DNA of 57,968 bases from a virus (taxonomy: Duplodnaviria > Caudoviricetes), in IMG/VR virus record IMGVR_UViG_3300034176_000029, positions 1 to 57,968 of that record. One strand, written 5' to 3'. Position 1 is the stretch's first letter, and each line of letters starts with the position of its first letter. A program made the translations under genes and the position numbers. The notes under the pieces are model-generated. The model saw only the letters and a list, made by a program, of their open reading frames with translations, searched no databases and had not been told where the DNA came from. Shown piece by piece: positions 55,316-57,968 of the stretch.

Positions 55316-56138
55316 CATTGCCGTTTGGCGCGGTCCGACACCCAACCAGGGCGGCCCGATGCAGGAGCAGCGCGGTCTGATCCTGCACATCATGCAAGGC
55401 TCCTACGAGGGCTCCATCTCCTGGGGCAAGAACCCGGCCTCAGGCGTGTCTTTCCACTTCGCCACCGCCAAGGACGGACGCTGCGGCCAACTCGTCGACA
55501 CAGACGTCACGGCCTGGACGCAGGTCCAGGGCAACAGCCACTGGCTCAGCGTGGAGAACGAGGACTTCAACACCAACCCGCTCTCGCCGCAGCAACTGGA
55601 GAACGTGGCCCGGATCTACGCCCGCGGCGTGCAGGTGTACGGCTGGCCGCTGCAATCCACCGACTCGGTCAACGGCCGCGGTTTGGGTTGGCACGGCATG
55701 GGCGGGGTTGCTTGGGGAAACCATCCGTTCTGCCCCGGCGAACCCATCAAAGCGCAACGACCAGCGATTCTCGCTAGAGCCGCGCAGATCCTGGGCGGAT
55801 CAGGTCCAACACCCGAGGAGGAAGACGGCATGCACAGAGTTCGTTCCGGTGCCGGCGATGGATCTATTTATCTGGTTCCCGGCTACGCAGCACCTAGCGG
55901 GTTAATGGTCGCGTTCCCTCTGGACGGACCGAAGAACACAACCTATGCGTCGGTACCGCTGTATCAGTTGCCGAGCGGGGTGACCGTTGGCGGGTCGGGC
56001 TACTACGACATCAACCCGCAGCCGTGGCAAACCCTCAACGGCGGGGGCGCATCCGGCCCGGTGAACCTGACCGAGGAAGCGTTGGACGCCGTTGAGGACC
56101 GGGCGTTCGAAGGCGCACAACGCGCCGAAGACGCATAG
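55299..56138 (+). CDS. Endolysin, N-acetylmuramoyl-L-alanine amidase (Amidase_2 type)
   Basis: ILH, S.HF, AW..GN, SVENE, GWH..CPG. Confidence 0.9.
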   Translation: MARWGDIAVWRGPTPNQGGPMQEQRGLILHIMQGSYEGSISWGKNPASGVSFHFATAKDGRCGQLVDTDVTAWTQVQGNSHWLSVENEDFNTNPLSPQQLENVARIYARGVQVYGWPLQSTDSVNGRGLGWHGMGGVAWGNHPFCPGEPIKAQRPAILARAAQILGGSGPTPEEEDGMHRVRSGAGDGSIYLVPGYAAPSGLMVAFPLDGPKNTTYASVPLYQLPSGVTVGGSGYYDINPQPWQTLNGGGASGPVNLTEEALDAVEDRAFEGAQRAEDA

Positions 56139-56507
56139 GTGCTTCCTGTGGGCCAGACAGTCGCAGGCATCCTCCTCGCCGCAGCCATCCTCGCCGCCCT
56201 GGCCGTCATCGGCCGGGCAGTCGCATGGCTGTGGGACGTGCTGCGAAAACTTGGCCGCCTGGCCGACGACCTGACTGGGGAGCCGCCGAGGCCGGGTTTT
56301 CCCCAGGGCCGGCCCGGCGTGCTGGACCGGCTCACGGCGATCGAGACGGCGCTCGGAGCGGTGGCCACACTCACGGCACTGGCCGCCATCGAGCTGCGGC
56401 TGGCGGCGGTCGAGGCCCAATTGCATCCGGACCGCGGAACGTCGCTACGTGACGCCGTTGACCGGCTCGCCCCACCTGAGGCCGCGGCACTGACATCCAT
56501 CGAGTAG
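56139..56507 (+). CDS. Lysis-cassette membrane protein
   Basis: N-terminal TM; GTSLRDAVDR motif. Confidence 0.7.
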   Translation: MLPVGQTVAGILLAAAILAALAVIGRAVAWLWDVLRKLGRLADDLTGEPPRPGFPQGRPGVLDRLTAIETALGAVATLTALAAIELRLAAVEAQLHPDRGTSLRDAVDRLAPPEAAALTSIE

Positions 56508-56519
56508 AGGAGCAGCACC

Positions 56520-56810
56520 ATGAGCCTCATCGAACTATCGGCCCTGGTTGGTGTGTTTCTGCCGACCCTGGTCGCGATCGTGAACCAGCCGCGCTGGCCA
56601 TCATGGGTGCGTGCTGTTGCAACCGCCGCGGTGTGCATTGTGGCCGGCGGCGTCACCGCCGCAGCCAGCGGAGAGCTGACGGGTAAGCGGTGGTTCGAGG
56701 CGGCCGTAGTGGTCTTCGGCGCGGCGTTGGCGACCTACCACGCCTGGTGGAAGCCGTCAGGCATCACGAACGCCATCGAGAAGGCTACGGCGGTTGGCGG
56801 ATCCGAATGA
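56520..56810 (+). CDS. Holin
   Basis: 96 aa, three TM helices, WKP.G motif. Confidence 0.75.
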   Translation: MSLIELSALVGVFLPTLVAIVNQPRWPSWVRAVATAAVCIVAGGVTAAASGELTGKRWFEAAVVVFGAALATYHAWWKPSGITNAIEKATAVGGSE

Positions 56811-57960
56811 GCGACCGCTACGCAGGCCGGCACAAGCCGAGTAGACAGACCTCCCGGCTAGCCGCCGGTATCACCGCGGTCCTCGTCGCATTGCTCCTCG
56901 TCGCCGGTGCGCTGTCTCTGTCCCACCGGTCCGGGCCGCAGACAGCGCCCGTCGATTTGGTGCTGCCGATCGGCGCGCCGACCGAGCTCGGCCAGTGGTG
57001 TGTGGACCACAACACGGCCGCATTCCGGGCCACCCTGACATCGGCCGGGCGGAACCTACTAAAGGGCTGCGTCGAGCTGTGGGGCGTAGGGCTCGTCCCG
57101 TCGCCGAGCCCGTCCGGTAGCCCAACGCCGACCCCCAGCGCCACGCAGAGCCCCTCACCGACGCCAAGCCCGAGCGCTACAACACCCTCGCCGTCGTCTT
57201 CTGTCTCGCCCACGGCCACTACAGCCCCGCCGACGACACCTCCAGCGACCACACCACCGCCAAGCCCCAGTCCGACGGTGAGCCCAAGCCCGTCGCCGAC
57301 GATCGGCCCGACCTCACGTACCTGCGCACCGTTCCCGGCCATGCCCGACGCGGCCTGCACCGGGCCGCAGCCGGGGACCGTGTTCAAGTCCTGCCCGAAC
57401 CTGCTCAGCCCGAACACGGTCTACGACTCATGCCTGTGGCAGAACACCAACGTGCTCGGCGCCAAAGGCGCGGTCGTCCGCAACTCTCGTCTGGTCGGCG
57501 GCGTGATGATGCTCGGCTATGACTCCAGCCTGGGCATGGTCATTACGGACACTGAGATCGACGGCACCGGCTACAACGACCCAGCCAGCTACGCCGCCAT
57601 CGGCCAGAGCGGCTACACCTGCGTGCGGTGCAACATCCATCACACCGGCATGGGCGCGCGGTACGACTTTAACGTGACCATTCGGGACAGTTGGCTGCAC
57701 GACTTCCGCCAACTCGACCCAGGTGCGCACATGTCGGGCATCGGCTCCAACGGCGGCAGCCACAACGCCATCGAACACAACGTGATCGACTGCCCGATGA
57801 TGGCCTGCTCCGGCGCGATGGTCGCCTACGGGGACTTCCACCCGGTCAGCGATCTGCTGGCGCGTAACAACCTGTTCAACTCGCCCGGCTCGTTCTGTCT
57901 CTACGCCGGGTCGACGCCGAACTCGGGCAAGCCGTACCCGGTGGCGACGGACATGCGCTA
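56807..57960 (+). CDS. Membrane-anchored protein with a Pro/Ser/Thr linker and a right-handed parallel beta-helix domain (continues at 127-295)
   Basis: GRH plus TM helix; SPSPT repeats; VRNS, ITDTEI, CNIHH, IRDSWLHD, IEHN, ARNN beta-helix rungs. Confidence 0.8.
57835..57960. repeat. Terminal direct overlap, copy 2
   Basis: Identical to 1-126; the last 8 nt (57961-57968) diverge. Confidence 0.95.
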
Positions 57961-57968
57961 GTTCGGCG

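Noticed and set aside
57095-57310. Tandem DNA repeat array
   Set aside because: Degenerate codons of a Pro/Ser/Thr linker, i.e. protein-level low complexity

Overview
The window looks like an essentially complete, circularly assembled (126-bp terminal overlap) temperate siphovirus-type genome of a high-GC actinobacterial host. Order: accessory/leftward early operon with long structured non-coding segments (0.8-3.4 kb); tyrosine integrase lacking an arm-binding domain, repressor and divergent Cro/Xis (3.4-5.0 kb); a translationally coupled early region with two DNA methyltransferases, Dda-like helicase, Cas4-like nuclease, SSB, primase-SF3 helicase with an embedded iteron origin, Holliday junction resolvase, WhiB and a MazG-like mosaic protein (5-21 kb); terminases and accessory genes (21-26.7 kb); head and tail genes (26.9-49.5 kb); a seven-gene glycosyltransferase/methyltransferase cluster (49.6-55.0 kb); lysis genes; and a Pro/Ser/Thr-linked beta-helix protein that wraps across the ends. 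Most striking: (1) a ~1880-aa MuF head protein with two HExxH peptidase-like domains and two ADP-ribosyltransferase-like domains, followed by two paralogous Cys-motif proteins, one fused to an Acb1-like 2H phosphoesterase that shares a WDGCP..H.GPC tag with MuF; (2) a probable methylated-sugar glycosylation pathway; (3) a bipartite structured RNA leader with T-loop-like hairpins and long-range pairings. All calls come from reading motifs and synteny by eye; no database searches were run.
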